Positions 11,831 through 24,817 of a DNA stretch of 64,000 bases are shown here, piece after piece (the stretch's first letter is position 1; each line of letters starts with the position of its first letter). Under the pieces are notes generated by a model. The model ran no database searches. It had not been told where the DNA came from and saw only the letters and a program-made list of their open reading frames with translations. The translations under genes and the position numbers were made by a program. Source of the stretch: Escherichia coli (lineage in GTDB: Bacteria > Pseudomonadota > Gammaproteobacteria > Enterobacterales > Enterobacteriaceae); the NCBI RefSeq assembly GCF_003334355.1, contig NZ_QOWP01000002.1; one strand, written 5' to 3'.

Positions 11831-12878
11831 TTTCGCTGACAAGGAAGCTTTTAAACTGTGGTGACATCCAGGTTTTAAAGCTATCGCCTTCTTTGGTGAT
11901 CATATAAACCGCCAGCCCTTCCCGGCGAACAACCTCTTTGGCTTTCTCCGGCCCGAGTACCATCAAGCCAGTATCCCAGGCATCGGCTTCCAGCGCCGTC
12001 GGAGCAATCACCGTCACGGATACCAGATTGTGTTCGATGGGACGCCCGGTTTGCGGATCGATAACATGGGAAAGACGTTTGCCGTCCAGTTCGTAATAGT
12101 TACGGTAGCTGCCAGAGGTGCTAATCCCATGACCGTTGATATCCACCACAGCCTGAACCGCGTTTTCTTTATCGGTTGGTTTTTGAATCGCTACCCGCCA
12201 CGGCAGGCCTTCGCCGTTCATACCACGGCTGTTCAGCGCGCCGCCCACCGACACCAGATAGCGGGAAATCCCTTCCTGCTCCATCAAGCGTGCCAGGTGA
12301 TCCGCCGCATAACCTTCACCGACGGTGGAGAGATCGACATATAAATCCGGCAGGTCTTTTTGCAGATATTGCTGATGCGACTGATTAATGACCGTCAGGT
12401 GCTGTAAGCCGGTTTTGGCTTTCATCGCATCAATCTGTTCCTGGCTCGGGATTTGTACCGGCTGTTGTTCCGGGCCAAAACCCCACAGATTCACCAGTGG
12501 CCCGACGGTTATATCCATCGCACCATCGGTCCTTGCGCCAATGCGCAGCGAGGTGGTGACGATATCGGCCATCGCTTCACTTACCGGCCACGGCGACAAA
12601 CTTTGCGAGTCGTTAAAGCGCATCAGCGCGGAATCTTTTTTATAGGTCGAAAGCAGCTGATCGTCGGCGTCCAGCTGGGTCTGAATCTTTTCTTTAAGTT
12701 CGGCACTGCGTTTGGCATCAATGCCCGGGATGCTGGCACGCCAGAAGGTACCCATGGTTTTGCCTTCAAGAACGGTAACTTCAGTAGCGTGGGTTTTGGC
12801 GGGTTGTGGTTTTTGATCGCAACCAACAAAGAAGAGCGCGGCAGCCAGCAGTGCCACGCGGGTAAAGCTTATTTCCAT
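11823..12878 (-). CDS. apbE: FAD:protein FMN transferase (ApbE/Ftp) lipoprotein
   Basis: 351-aa ORF with lipoprotein-type signal (LFFVGC); ApbE family. Confidence 0.9.
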   Translation of the reverse strand: MEISFTRVALLAAALFFVGCDQKPQPAKTHATEVTVLEGKTMGTFWRASIPGIDAKRSAELKEKIQTQLDADDQLLSTYKKDSALMRFNDSQSLSPWPVSEAMADIVTTSLRIGARTDGAMDITVGPLVNLWGFGPEQQPVQIPSQEQIDAMKAKTGLQHLTVINQSHQQYLQKDLPDLYVDLSTVGEGYAADHLARLMEQEGISRYLVSVGGALNSRGMNGEGLPWRVAIQKPTDKENAVQAVVDINGHGISTSGSYRNYYELDGKRLSHVIDPQTGRPIEHNLVSVTVIAPTALEADAWDTGLMVLGPEKAKEVVRREGLAVYMITKEGDSFKTWMSPQFKSFLVSEKN

Positions 12879-12944
12879 ACGTGATTATCCTCATGCGAAC
12901 GGTCGCAAGAGTACACCAAAAAACTGTGTTTGTACGCTGAAAAC

Positions 12945-12972
12945 AATGAAAAAAGGGCCCGCAGGCCCTTTG
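12945..12972 (-). terminator. Rho-independent terminator downstream of ompC
   Basis: aaaaaaGGGCCCgcaGGCCCtttg: GC-rich hairpin flanked by an A-run and a T-run; on the minus strand the stem is followed by TTTTTT just after the ompC stop. Confidence 0.75.
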
Positions 12973-12989
12973 TTCGATATCAATCGAGA

Positions 12990-14454
<1,465 letters not shown>

Positions 14455-14549
14455 GCTATCATCATTAACTTTATTTATTACCGTCATTCATTTCTGAATG
14501 TCTGTTTACCCCTATTTCAACCGGATGCCTCGCATCCGGTTTTTTTTTA
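14455..14549 (+). ncRNA. micF: MicF antisense sRNA
   Basis: Sequence GCTATCATCATTAACTTTATTTATTACCGTCATTCATTTCTGAATGTCTGTTTACCCCTATTTCAACCGGATGCCTCGCATCCGG plus T9 terminator matches micF; divergent from ompC. Confidence 0.9.
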
Positions 14550-14858
14550 CCCTTCTTTACACACTTTCATTATTCTGTGCTACCACAGAAAAACTATAAC
14601 TCTTGTTAACTATTTCACAAATAATTAACATCAGCATAATTTCCAGCAATCTTCGTTTATTTGCAATTAATTTCGTTGGGCTTTTTGTAGGTTATTTGTA
14701 CAGCAAAATGGCGCTTGTACATCTATTTCCCCCAATGCAGGATGATAAATATCACGGGAGAATAGAGAATCATCAATCAGGTAAGAGTCTGGAATTTCAC
14801 ACTGTACCCTTTATACTGCCCTATCACTTCGCGAAGTTTTAACAGGTCATAAACACGA

Positions 14859-17531
14859 ATGCGTCAGAAAGAGACAACGGCCACGACCCGCTTTTCACTC
14901 CTACCGGGGAGCATTACCCGCTTCTTTTTACTGTTGATCATTGTGTTACTGGTGACGATGGGTGTAATGGTACAAAGCGCCGTTAACGCCTGGCTGAAAG
15001 ATAAAAGTTACCAGATTGTCGACATTACCCATGCTATCCAAAAGCGCGTCGATAACTGGCGTTACGTGACCTGGCAGATCTACGACAACATTGCCGCGAC
15101 GACCTCCCCCTCCTCCGGCGAAGGTTTACAAGAGACGCGCCTGAAACAGGATGTCTACTATCTGGAGAAACCACGCCGCAAAACGGAAGCGTTAATCTTT
15201 GGCTCTCACGACAACTCAACGCTTGAGATGACTCAGCGGATGTCCACTTATCTGGATACATTGTGGGGCGCAGAAAATGTACCGTGGTCGATGTATTACC
15301 TGAATGGTCAGGATAACAGTCTGGTGCTGATCTCAACCCTACCCCTTAAAGATCTCACCTCCGGATTTAAAGAATCGACCGTCAGCGACATTGTTGATTC
15401 ACGTCGTGCAGAGATGTTGCAACAGGCCAACGCCCTCGATGAACGCGAAAGCTTTTCTAACATGCGCCGCCTGGCCTGGCAGAACGGTCATTACTTTACC
15501 TTGCGTACCACGTTCAACCAGCCGGGACATCTGGCAACGGTCGTGGCTTTTGATCTGCCGATTAATGATTTGATCCCACCGGGTATGCCGCTGGACAGTT
15601 TCCGCCTTGAGCCAGACGCGACGGCAACGGGAAACAATGATAATGAGAAAGAAGGGACGGATAGCGTCAGTATCCACTTTAACAGTACGAAGATTGAAAT
15701 CTCCTCGGCACTCAACTCTACCGATATGCGCCTGGTCTGGCAGGTTCCTTATGGCACCTTATTGCTGGATACGTTGCAAAACATTCTGCTGCCACTGCTG
15801 CTGAACATCGGTTTGCTGGCGCTGGCGTTATTTGGCTATACCACATTCCGCCATTTCTCCAGCCGCAGTACAGAAAACGTCCCCAGCACGGCGGTCAATA
15901 ACGAATTGCGCATTTTACGGGCAATCAATGAAGAGATAGTCTCACTGCTGCCGCTCGGCCTGCTGGTTCACGATCAGGAATCGAACCGCACTGTCATAAG
16001 TAACAAAATTGCCGATCATTTGCTGCCGCATTTGAATCTGCAAAACATCACCACCATGGCGGAACAGCATCAGGGGATTATTCAGGCGACGATCAATAAC
16101 GAGCTGTATGAGATCCGCATGTTCCGCAGCCAGGTCGCGCCGCGCACACAAATTTTCATTATTCGCGATCAGGATCGCGAAGTGCTGGTAAACAAGAAAC
16201 TCAAGCAGGCGCAGCGTCTGTATGAGAAAAACCAGCAGGGGCGGATGATCTTTATGAAAAACATTGGCGATGCGCTGAAAGAACCCGCACAGTCCCTGGC
16301 GGAGAGCGCGGCTAAACTCAACGCCCCGGAAAGCAAACAACTGGCGAATCAGGCAGATGTGCTGGTGCGGCTGGTTGATGAAATACAGTTAGCGAACATG
16401 CTTGCGGATGATAGCTGGAAAAGTGAGACGGTGCTGTTCTCCGTGCAGGATTTAATTGATGAAGTTGTGCCTTCAGTGTTGCCTGCCATCAAGCGTAAAG
16501 GTCTGCAACTGCTGATTAACAATCATCTGAAAGCACACGATATGCGCCGCGGCGATCGCGATGCCTTACGACGTATTTTGCTGCTACTGATGCAATATGC
16601 CGTGACCTCAACGCAATTGGGAAAAATCACCCTTGAGGTTGATCAGGATGAGTCCTCCGAAGACCGCCTGACGTTCCGCATTCTGGACACGGGAGAAGGC
16701 GTAAGTATTCATGAAATGGATAATTTGCACTTCCCGTTTATCAACCAGACCCAAAACGATCGCTATGGCAAGGCGGACCCGCTGGCATTCTGGCTGAGCG
16801 ATCAACTGGCACGTAAACTGGGCGGTCATTTAAACATCAAAACGCGGGATGGGCTTGGTACACGCTACTCTGTGCATATCAAAATGCTCGCAGCTGACCC
16901 GGAAGTTGAAGAGGAAGAAGAGCGTTTACTGGATGATGTCTGCGTAATGGTGGATGTTACTTCGGCAGAAATTCGGAATATTGTCACTCACCAGTTAGAA
17001 AATTGGGGTGCAACCTGTATCACACCCGATGAAAGATTAATTAGTCAAGATTATGATATCTTTTTAACGGATAATCCGTCTAATCTTACTGCCTCTGGCT
17101 TGCTTTTAAGCGATGATGAGTCTGGCGTACGGGAAATTGGGCCTGGTCAATTGTGCGTCAACTTCAATATGAGCAACGCTATGCAGGAAGCGGTCTTACA
17201 ATTAATTGAAGTGCAACTGGCGCAGGAAGAGGTGACAGAATCGCCTCTGGGCGGAGATGAAAATGCGCAACTCCATGCCAGCGGCTATTATGCGCTCTTT
17301 GTAGACACAGTACCGGATGATGTTAAGAGGCTGTATACTGAAGCAGCAACCAGTGACTTTGCTGCGTTAGCCCAAACGGCTCATCGTCTTAAAGGCGTAT
17401 TTGCCATGCTAAATCTGGTACCCGGCAAGCAGTTATGTGAAACGCTGGAACATCTGATTCGTGAGAAGGATGTTCCAGGAATAGAAAAATACATCAGCGA
17501 CATTGACAGTTATGTCAAGAGCTTGCTGTAG
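14859..17531 (+). CDS. rcsD: Phosphotransfer intermediate RcsD (HPt domain protein)
   Basis: 890-aa ORF with N-terminal TM segments and a C-terminal HPt-like region. Confidence 0.93.
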   Translation: MRQKETTATTRFSLLPGSITRFFLLLIIVLLVTMGVMVQSAVNAWLKDKSYQIVDITHAIQKRVDNWRYVTWQIYDNIAATTSPSSGEGLQETRLKQDVYYLEKPRRKTEALIFGSHDNSTLEMTQRMSTYLDTLWGAENVPWSMYYLNGQDNSLVLISTLPLKDLTSGFKESTVSDIVDSRRAEMLQQANALDERESFSNMRRLAWQNGHYFTLRTTFNQPGHLATVVAFDLPINDLIPPGMPLDSFRLEPDATATGNNDNEKEGTDSVSIHFNSTKIEISSALNSTDMRLVWQVPYGTLLLDTLQNILLPLLLNIGLLALALFGYTTFRHFSSRSTENVPSTAVNNELRILRAINEEIVSLLPLGLLVHDQESNRTVISNKIADHLLPHLNLQNITTMAEQHQGIIQATINNELYEIRMFRSQVAPRTQIFIIRDQDREVLVNKKLKQAQRLYEKNQQGRMIFMKNIGDALKEPAQSLAESAAKLNAPESKQLANQADVLVRLVDEIQLANMLADDSWKSETVLFSVQDLIDEVVPSVLPAIKRKGLQLLINNHLKAHDMRRGDRDALRRILLLLMQYAVTSTQLGKITLEVDQDESSEDRLTFRILDTGEGVSIHEMDNLHFPFINQTQNDRYGKADPLAFWLSDQLARKLGGHLNIKTRDGLGTRYSVHIKMLAADPEVEEEEERLLDDVCVMVDVTSAEIRNIVTHQLENWGATCITPDERLISQDYDIFLTDNPSNLTASGLLLSDDESGVREIGPGQLCVNFNMSNAMQEAVLQLIEVQLAQEEVTESPLGGDENAQLHASGYYALFVDTVPDDVKRLYTEAATSDFAALAQTAHRLKGVFAMLNLVPGKQLCETLEHLIREKDVPGIEKYISDIDSYVKSLL

Positions 17532-17547
17532 CAAGGTAGCCTATTAC

Positions 17548-18198
17548 ATGAACAATATGAACGTAATTATTGCCGATGACCATCCGATAGTCTTGTTCGG
17601 TATTCGCAAATCACTTGAGCAAATTGAGTGGGTGAATGTTGTCGGCGAATTTGAAGACTCTACAGCACTGATCAACAACCTGCCGAAACTGGATGCGCAT
17701 GTGTTGATTACCGATCTCTCCATGCCTGGCGATAAGTACGGCGATGGCATTACCTTAATCAAGTACATCAAGCGCCATTTCCCAAGCCTGTCGATCATTG
17801 TTCTGACTATGAACAACAACCCGGCGATTCTTAGTGCGGTATTGGATCTGGATATCGAAGGGATCGTGCTGAAACAAGGTGCACCGACCGATCTGCCGAA
17901 AGCTCTCGCCGCGCTGCAGAAAGGGAAGAAATTTACCCCGGAAAGCGTTTCTCGCCTGTTGGAAAAAATCAGTGCTGGTGGTTACGGTGACAAGCGTCTC
18001 TCGCCAAAAGAGAGTGAAGTTCTGCGCCTGTTTGCGGAAGGCTTCCTGGTGACCGAGATCGCTAAAAAGCTGAACCGCAGTATTAAAACCATCAGTAGCC
18101 AGAAGAAATCTGCGATGATGAAGCTGGGTGTCGAGAACGATATCGCCCTGCTGAATTATCTCTCTTCAGTGACCTTAAGTCCGGCAGATAAAGACTAA
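17548..18198 (+). CDS. rcsB: Response regulator RcsB (LuxR/FixJ family)
   Basis: 216-aa protein MNNMNVIIADDHPIVLFGIRK... from an internal ATG of the tracked 231-aa ORF; start lies 17 nt after the rcsD stop. Confidence 0.95.
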   Translation: MNNMNVIIADDHPIVLFGIRKSLEQIEWVNVVGEFEDSTALINNLPKLDAHVLITDLSMPGDKYGDGITLIKYIKRHFPSLSIIVLTMNNNPAILSAVLDLDIEGIVLKQGAPTDLPKALAALQKGKKFTPESVSRLLEKISAGGYGDKRLSPKESEVLRLFAEGFLVTEIAKKLNRSIKTISSQKKSAMMKLGVENDIALLNYLSSVTLSPADKD

Positions 18199-18200
18199 TC

Positions 18201-18397
<197 letters not shown>

Positions 18398-18400
<3 letters not shown>

Positions 18401-21247
18401 CGAATCCCGCGATTTCCTGACCCTCTCGGCATATACCGTCAGCGTCTGTTTTATCACATCCAGCGTTACCGGCTTCGACAGGCAGCTGTCCATACCGGAC
18501 TCCAGACACCGCTGCTTCTCTTCAGCCAACGCATTAGCAGTTACTCCGATTACCGGCAACGTCAGTCCCAACTGACGAATGCGTTGCGTCAAGCGGTAAC
18601 CATCCATATTTGGCATGTTGACGTCGCTAAGCACGATATCAATATGATTCTTGCTAAGTACATTAAGCGCATCGACACCATCATTCGCGGTTTTACATTG
18701 ATAGCCCAACGATCCCAACTGATCTGCCAGCAGACGTCGGTTAATCGGATGATCATCCACGACCAGAATCATCATATCGTCATTATCGCTGACCGCTTTG
18801 TCCGTCGACGGCAGAGCGTTAGCAGGATCGTCGCTCTCCATCTCGATCAAATAAATACGCGCCAACAATGCCGGTAGCTCATGCGGGGCAGCCACACTGT
18901 GTACCCACTCCCCTGGCGCTTTCTCCAGCGGAATACCAATATGGCGACGACAGAAGGTCACTACCGCTCTACCCTGCCATTTTTTACTCACTACCTCGTC
19001 AGTAATTAACACATCTTCGGGAGTCGGTTCCTGCCCTTCGTATGTTGTAACGACGATGCCGCTGCGCTGCAAACTGGTTTCCAGGAACTGACAGAGCGAC
19101 GCATTGCGGACCGCCAGCCAGCAGCGTTTACCACTCAACCCTTCCACGCCTTTTTTCTGCGGGTACTGAGCGCCGTACAACGGAATACGCACGGTAAACT
19201 GGCTGCCCATTCCCGGTTCTGAATCTACCGAGATATCGCCGTCCATCATGCTGATCAGTTTTTCACAAATCGCCAGACCCAGACCGGTCCCCTGGAAGTT
19301 TCGCTGTACGCCCGTTCCGACCTGGAAGAAGGGATCAAACAAGCGCACCACTTCTTTCGCCGGAATCCCCACGCCGGTATCGCGAACACGGATAGAGAGA
19401 TAATCGCCATCAGCGCGGACATGCAAAACTATACAGCCGGTATCGGTGAATTTTATGGCGTTACTCAACAGGTTGGAGATGACCTGCTGTAAACGCATCG
19501 GGTCGCCATTTAAGGCCACTGGCACATCCGGTTCAATAAAGCAGTACAAGCCTAACTGCTTGCGTACCACCAGCGGTAAATAGTTGGCGGTGATGTGGTT
19601 CATCACTTCACGCGGTGAAAACTCACGCGGTTCGATCTTCAACTGTTCCGATTCAATCTTCGAGAAATCGAGAATATCGCTGATAATTTTCAACAACAGG
19701 CTGGAAGAGTTGTTCATTGCCGTCACCAGCCGATCGACGCCTTTCGGTAACTCTTTGGTTTGCAACAGATCCAGGTTACCGATAATGCCATACAGCGGCG
19801 TTCGCAGCTCATGACTGACGGTGGCAAGGAACATCGATTTTGACTGGCTCGCCTGTTCCGCTGCTTGTGCCATCTCCTGCAACGACTCTTCCATCTTCAC
19901 GCGCGAAGAAACATCCACCAGCACACAAATGGCCACGTTTTCATTACGATAGCGCGAATGGACGAAGCTGATTTGCAGATTGGTATTGTTGCTGGTCAGG
20001 ACATCAACAAAATTGACCTGCTGCCCACAGATAATTTGCGTCAGTCGTTGGCGGTCCTCATGCGTAAGCATATTGAGATAGGTATGCGCCAGTTCGTTAC
20101 TTAAAATATTGACGCCATCAGCGGTACGCAAAATGCAGATACCCACTGGCGCGGAGGCGACAATCTTGCGATTGAACTGCTCATGTTCTTCCAGTCGCAG
20201 GGCGTCGCTTTCCGCCGGAATGAAAATACGTCGCTCGTACATCCGTGCGAGAGTAAACAATGCAGCTCCGGCAAGCACATTCAGCAAAATTGCGTTAAGG
20301 ATCAACATGCGAATGCGTTCCAGCACCTTATCAACCGGCACCGAATACACGATGCTTAGCGATGAGGGTGGCAGATTTTTCTTCAGCACCAGCTCCCGGA
20401 ACCCTTCCGTATAGCCAAACCAGGAGCGTTCCTGCATCCAGCGAGGATCGCCCTTAATTTTACTTTCTGGTCCGGTAAGCGAAATCAGGGTATGACCATT
20501 TTCATCAAGAATGGTAACCCCCATCGGCAACGTACCCGGTAAGAAAAAGTTCTCCATCCGGATGGTCTGCTCGACACCCAAAAGCGCCTGCAACCGGTTC
20601 GCCAGATAAACTGGCGTCAACGCGTAAAAATACCCGACGCCAGGGCGCGGACCTTCGCTGATCCAGTAGAGGTTACTGCCGCTATCATCTTGTGGTGCAT
20701 TTCGATATTTATTGATGCGTTCATGCAAAGCTTTCAACGCGGTATCGCGTTCCACTGGCATATCACGCAGACCGAAATTGGCCATGCAGAGGTTATCGCT
20801 GCCGATTAAAAATACCCGGTTTAGATCGTAAGCCGCAGAAAAATTATCGCGCCAGTAGCGCATAAACCACGCCAATGACTCCAGAGAACCTCGCCAGGTG
20901 TTACTCATTGCGGAACAATCGGAGTCGGCAAACAGCGGTTCAAACGCAGGCACATCCGCCTGCGTTTCTCGTCCACGCGGGGAAAGCACACCGTTTTCTG
21001 CCGATAAGCGATTTTCGGCGATGTACTTCAGCTCTTTCATCACATCAGAGGTGCGTTGAATAAAGCGCTGAGCCTGATCGGAACTCAGATTAAATTCCTG
21101 ACGAATTTCCGATTCTCGCTGATGTAACGCATTAACGATGTAAAAAACGGATGAAAAAGCAATCAACAGCCAGAGCACTAACGCCAATGCTCTGAACATG
21201 TAGCGCGAGGCTTTCAGGGTTGTACGAAAAGAAGCAAGGTATTTCAA
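18398..21247 (-). CDS. rcsC: Hybrid sensor histidine kinase RcsC
   Basis: 949-aa ORF; TM segments, HisKA (SHELRTP), ATPase and C-terminal receiver (VVDDHPINRRLL) domains. Confidence 0.95.
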
Positions 21248-21413
21248 AGGGGCGAAGCTCCGCCTCAGGTGACCGATGGAGTGTGGTTAAGGTAGCGGTA
21301 AAAGCGTGTTACCGCAATGTTCTCTCTTCTCTGGAATATGATACACCGCCGAGAAATCATCACCTTAACCTCTGATAATCGTCATATACCGGACAAGACT
21401 AGTGGATTTCAGC

Positions 21414-23240
21414 ATGCATTATATGAAGTGGATTTATCCACGCCGCTTACGCAATCAAATGATCCTGATGGCAATCCTGATGGTCATTGTCCCAACGCTT
21501 ACTATTGGTTATATCGTAGAAACGGAAGGACGTTCAGCAGTCTTATCTGAAAAAGAGAAAAAACTTTCTGCCGTGGTCAACCTGCTTAATCAGGCACTAG
21601 GCGATCGCTATGATCTCTACATCGACTTACCACGTGAGGAGCGTATCCGCGCATTAAATGTAGAACTTGCCCCCATTACCGAAAATATCACTCACGCCTT
21701 CCCTGGCATCGGTGCTGGTTATTACAACAAAATGCTGGATGCGATAATCACCTACGCGCCTTCAGCGCTATATCAGAATAATGTCGGCGTTACCATTGCC
21801 GCAGATCACCCTGGTCGCGAAGTCATGCGTACAAATACCCCTTTGGTTTATTCAGGCAGGCAGGTGCGCGGCGATATTTTGAATTCAATGCTCCCCATTG
21901 AGCGTAATGGTGAAATCCTCGGCTATATCTGGGCCAATGAATTAACCGAAGATATTCGCCGCCAGGCCTGGAAAATGGATGTGAGGATTATCATTGTGCT
22001 CACCGCCGGTTTGCTGATAAGCCTGCTATTGATTGTCCTTTTCTCCCGTCGCCTGAGCGCCAATATTGATATCATCACCGATGGCCTCTCGACTCTGGCA
22101 CAAAATATTCCCACTCGATTACCACAATTGCCCGGTGAAATGGGGCAAATCAGTCAGAGTGTTAATAACCTCGCCCAGGCACTGCGTGAAACGCGGACAC
22201 TTAACGATCTGATTATTGAAAACGCTGCCGATGGCGTCATTGCCATTGACCGCCAGGGTGATGTAACCACCATGAACCCAGCAGCAGAAGTTATCACTGG
22301 CTATCAACGCCATGAACTGGTAGGGCAGCCTTACTCCATGTTGTTCGACAATACTCAGTTCTACAGTCCAGTACTGGATACGCTGGAACATGGCACCGAA
22401 CATGTGGCGCTGGAGATCAGTTTTCCAGGTCGTGACCGCACCATTGAACTCAGTGTCACTACCAGTCGTATTCATAACACGCACGGTGAAATGATAGGTG
22501 CTTTGGTGATTTTCTCTGATTTAACTGCCCGCAAAGAAACCCAGCGCCGCATGGCGCAAGCAGAACGCCTCGCCACACTGGGTGAGCTGATGGCTGGCGT
22601 CGCGCATGAAGTACGTAATCCGTTAACGGCTATTCGTGGTTATGTACAGATCTTGCGCCAACAAACCAGCGACCTAATACATCAGGAATATCTGTCCGTA
22701 GTACTCAAAGAAATCGATTCAATTAACAAAGTTATTCAGCAATTGCTCGAATTTTCACGTCCACGCCACAGTCAATGGCAACAAGTCAGCCTCAATGCAT
22801 TGGTTGAAGAAACTCTGGTACTGGTACAAACCGCCGGCGTACAAGCGCGGGTCGACTTCATAAGCGAACTGGATAATGAATTAAACCCGATTAACGCCGA
22901 TCGTGAACTGCTCAAACAGGTACTACTGAATATCCTGATCAATGCCGTCCAGGCTATCAGCGCACGAGGGAAAATTCGCATTCAAACCTGGCAATACAGC
23001 GACTCACAACAGGCCATTTCGATAGAGGACAACGGCTGTGGCATTGATCTCTCGCTGCAAAAAAAGATCTTCGATCCCTTTTTCACCACCAAAGCCTCAG
23101 GAACCGGGCTTGGTCTGGCGTTAAGTCAACGCATCATTAATGCCCATCAGGGTGATATTCGCGTCGCCAGTTTGCCGGGCTACGGCGCAACCTTCACGCT
23201 TATTTTACCGATCAACCCGCAGGGAAATCAGACTGTATGA
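21414..23240 (+). CDS. atoS: Sensor histidine kinase AtoS
   Basis: 608-aa protein MHYMKWIYPRRLRNQ... from an internal ATG of the tracked ORF; PAS and HisKA (AHEVRNPL) motifs. Confidence 0.92.
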   Translation: MHYMKWIYPRRLRNQMILMAILMVIVPTLTIGYIVETEGRSAVLSEKEKKLSAVVNLLNQALGDRYDLYIDLPREERIRALNVELAPITENITHAFPGIGAGYYNKMLDAIITYAPSALYQNNVGVTIAADHPGREVMRTNTPLVYSGRQVRGDILNSMLPIERNGEILGYIWANELTEDIRRQAWKMDVRIIIVLTAGLLISLLLIVLFSRRLSANIDIITDGLSTLAQNIPTRLPQLPGEMGQISQSVNNLAQALRETRTLNDLIIENAADGVIAIDRQGDVTTMNPAAEVITGYQRHELVGQPYSMLFDNTQFYSPVLDTLEHGTEHVALEISFPGRDRTIELSVTTSRIHNTHGEMIGALVIFSDLTARKETQRRMAQAERLATLGELMAGVAHEVRNPLTAIRGYVQILRQQTSDLIHQEYLSVVLKEIDSINKVIQQLLEFSRPRHSQWQQVSLNALVEETLVLVQTAGVQARVDFISELDNELNPINADRELLKQVLLNILINAVQAISARGKIRIQTWQYSDSQQAISIEDNGCGIDLSLQKKIFDPFFTTKASGTGLGLALSQRIINAHQGDIRVASLPGYGATFTLILPINPQGNQTV

Positions 23241-24622
23241 CTGCTATTAATCGCATCCTTATTGTGGATGATGAAGATAATGTTCGCCGTATGCTAAGCA
23301 CCGCTTTTGCACTACAAGGATTCGAAACACATTGTGCGAACAACGGACGCACAGCATTACACCTGTTTGCCGATATTCACCCTGATGTGGTGTTGATGGA
23401 TATCCGCATGCCAGAGATGGACGGCATCAAGGCACTAAAGGAGATGCGCAGCCATGAGACCCGGACACCCGTTATTCTGATGACGGCCTATGCGGAAGTG
23501 GAAACCGCCGTCGAAGCGCTACGCTGCGGAGCCTTCGACTATGTTATTAAACCGTTTGATCTCGATGAGTTGAATTTAATCGTTCAGCGCGCTTTACAAC
23601 TCCAGTCAATGAAAAAAGAGATCCGTCATCTGCACCAGGCACTGAGCACCAGCTGGCAATGGGGGCACATTCTCACCAACAGCCCGGCGATGATGGACAT
23701 CTGCAAAGACACCGCCAAAATTGCCCTTTCTCAGGCCAGCGTCTTGATTAGCGGTGAAAGCGGCACCGGGAAAGAGTTGATTGCCAGAGCGATTCACTAC
23801 AATTCGCGGCGGGCAAAGGGGCCGTTCATTAAAGTCAACTGCGCGGCGCTGCCGGAATCGTTGCTCGAAAGTGAACTGTTTGGTCATGAAAAAGGTGCAT
23901 TTACTGGTGCACAAACCTTGCGTCAGGGATTATTTGAACGAGCCAACGAAGGTACTCTGCTCCTCGACGAAATTGGCGAAATGCCGCTGGTACTACAAGC
24001 CAAATTACTACGCATTCTACAGGAACGGGAATTTGAACGGATTGGCGGCCATCAGACCATAAAAGTTGATATCCGCATCATTGGTGCCACCAACCGTGAC
24101 TTGCAGGCAATGGTAAAAGAAGGCACCTTCCGTGAAGATCTCTTTTATCGCCTTAACGTTATTCATTTAATACTGCCGCCTCTGCGCGATCGCCGGGAAG
24201 ATATTTCCCTGTTAGCTAATCACTTTTTGCAAAAATTCAGTAGTGAGAATCAGCGCGATATTATCGACATCGATCCGATGGCAATGTCACTGCTTACCGC
24301 CTGGTCATGGCCGGGAAATATTCGAGAGCTTTCCAACGTTATTGAACGCGCCGTCGTGATGAATTCAGGCCCGATCATTTTTTCTGAGGATCTTCCGCCA
24401 CAGATTCGTCAGCCAGTCTGTAATGCTGGCGAGGTAAAAACAGCCCCTGTCGGTGAGCGTAATTTTAAAGAGGAAATTAAACGCGTCGAAAAACGCATCA
24501 TTATGGAAGTGCTGGAACAACAAGAAGGAAACCGAACCCGCACTGCTTTAATGCTGGGCATCAGTCGCCGTGCATTGATGTATAAACTCCAGGAATACGG
24601 TATCGATCCGGCGGATGTATAA
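23237..24622 (+). CDS. atoC: Sigma-54-dependent response regulator AtoC (NtrC family)
   Basis: 461-aa ORF; receiver domain, AAA+ Walker A (GESGTGKE), GAFTGA sigma-54 contact motif, C-terminal HTH; overlaps atoS stop. Confidence 0.95.
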   Translation: MTAINRILIVDDEDNVRRMLSTAFALQGFETHCANNGRTALHLFADIHPDVVLMDIRMPEMDGIKALKEMRSHETRTPVILMTAYAEVETAVEALRCGAFDYVIKPFDLDELNLIVQRALQLQSMKKEIRHLHQALSTSWQWGHILTNSPAMMDICKDTAKIALSQASVLISGESGTGKELIARAIHYNSRRAKGPFIKVNCAALPESLLESELFGHEKGAFTGAQTLRQGLFERANEGTLLLDEIGEMPLVLQAKLLRILQEREFERIGGHQTIKVDIRIIGATNRDLQAMVKEGTFREDLFYRLNVIHLILPPLRDRREDISLLANHFLQKFSSENQRDIIDIDPMAMSLLTAWSWPGNIRELSNVIERAVVMNSGPIIFSEDLPPQIRQPVCNAGEVKTAPVGERNFKEEIKRVEKRIIMEVLEQQEGNRTRTALMLGISRRALMYKLQEYGIDPADV

Positions 24623-24633
24623 CACCAAAACTT

Positions 24634-24674
24634 GCTATGCAGAAATTTGCACAGTGCGCAATTTTCTGCATAGC
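24634..24674 (+). promoter_or_regulatory. 41-bp near-perfect palindrome upstream of atoD, candidate AtoC enhancer site
   Basis: GCTATGCAGAAATTTGCACAGTGCGCAATTTTCTGCATAGC: outer 12-bp arms are perfect reverse complements; lies about 85-125 nt upstream of the sigma-54 promoter. Confidence 0.6.
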
Positions 24675-24756
24675 CGCTCATTCTCCTTATAAATCCCCAT
24701 CCAATTTATCCCTTCATATTCAATTAGTTAAATAACTAAATCCAATAATCTCATTC

Positions 24757-24772
24757 TGGCACTCCCCTTGCT
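24757..24772 (+). promoter_or_regulatory. Sigma-54 (-24/-12) promoter of atoDAEB
   Basis: TGGCACtccccTTGCT matches the TGGCAC-N5-TTGC consensus with correct GG-N10-GC spacing, about 45 nt upstream of the atoD ATG. Confidence 0.7.
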
Positions 24773-24817
24773 ATTGCCTGACTGTACCCACAACGGTGTA
24801 TGCAAGAGGGATAAAAA

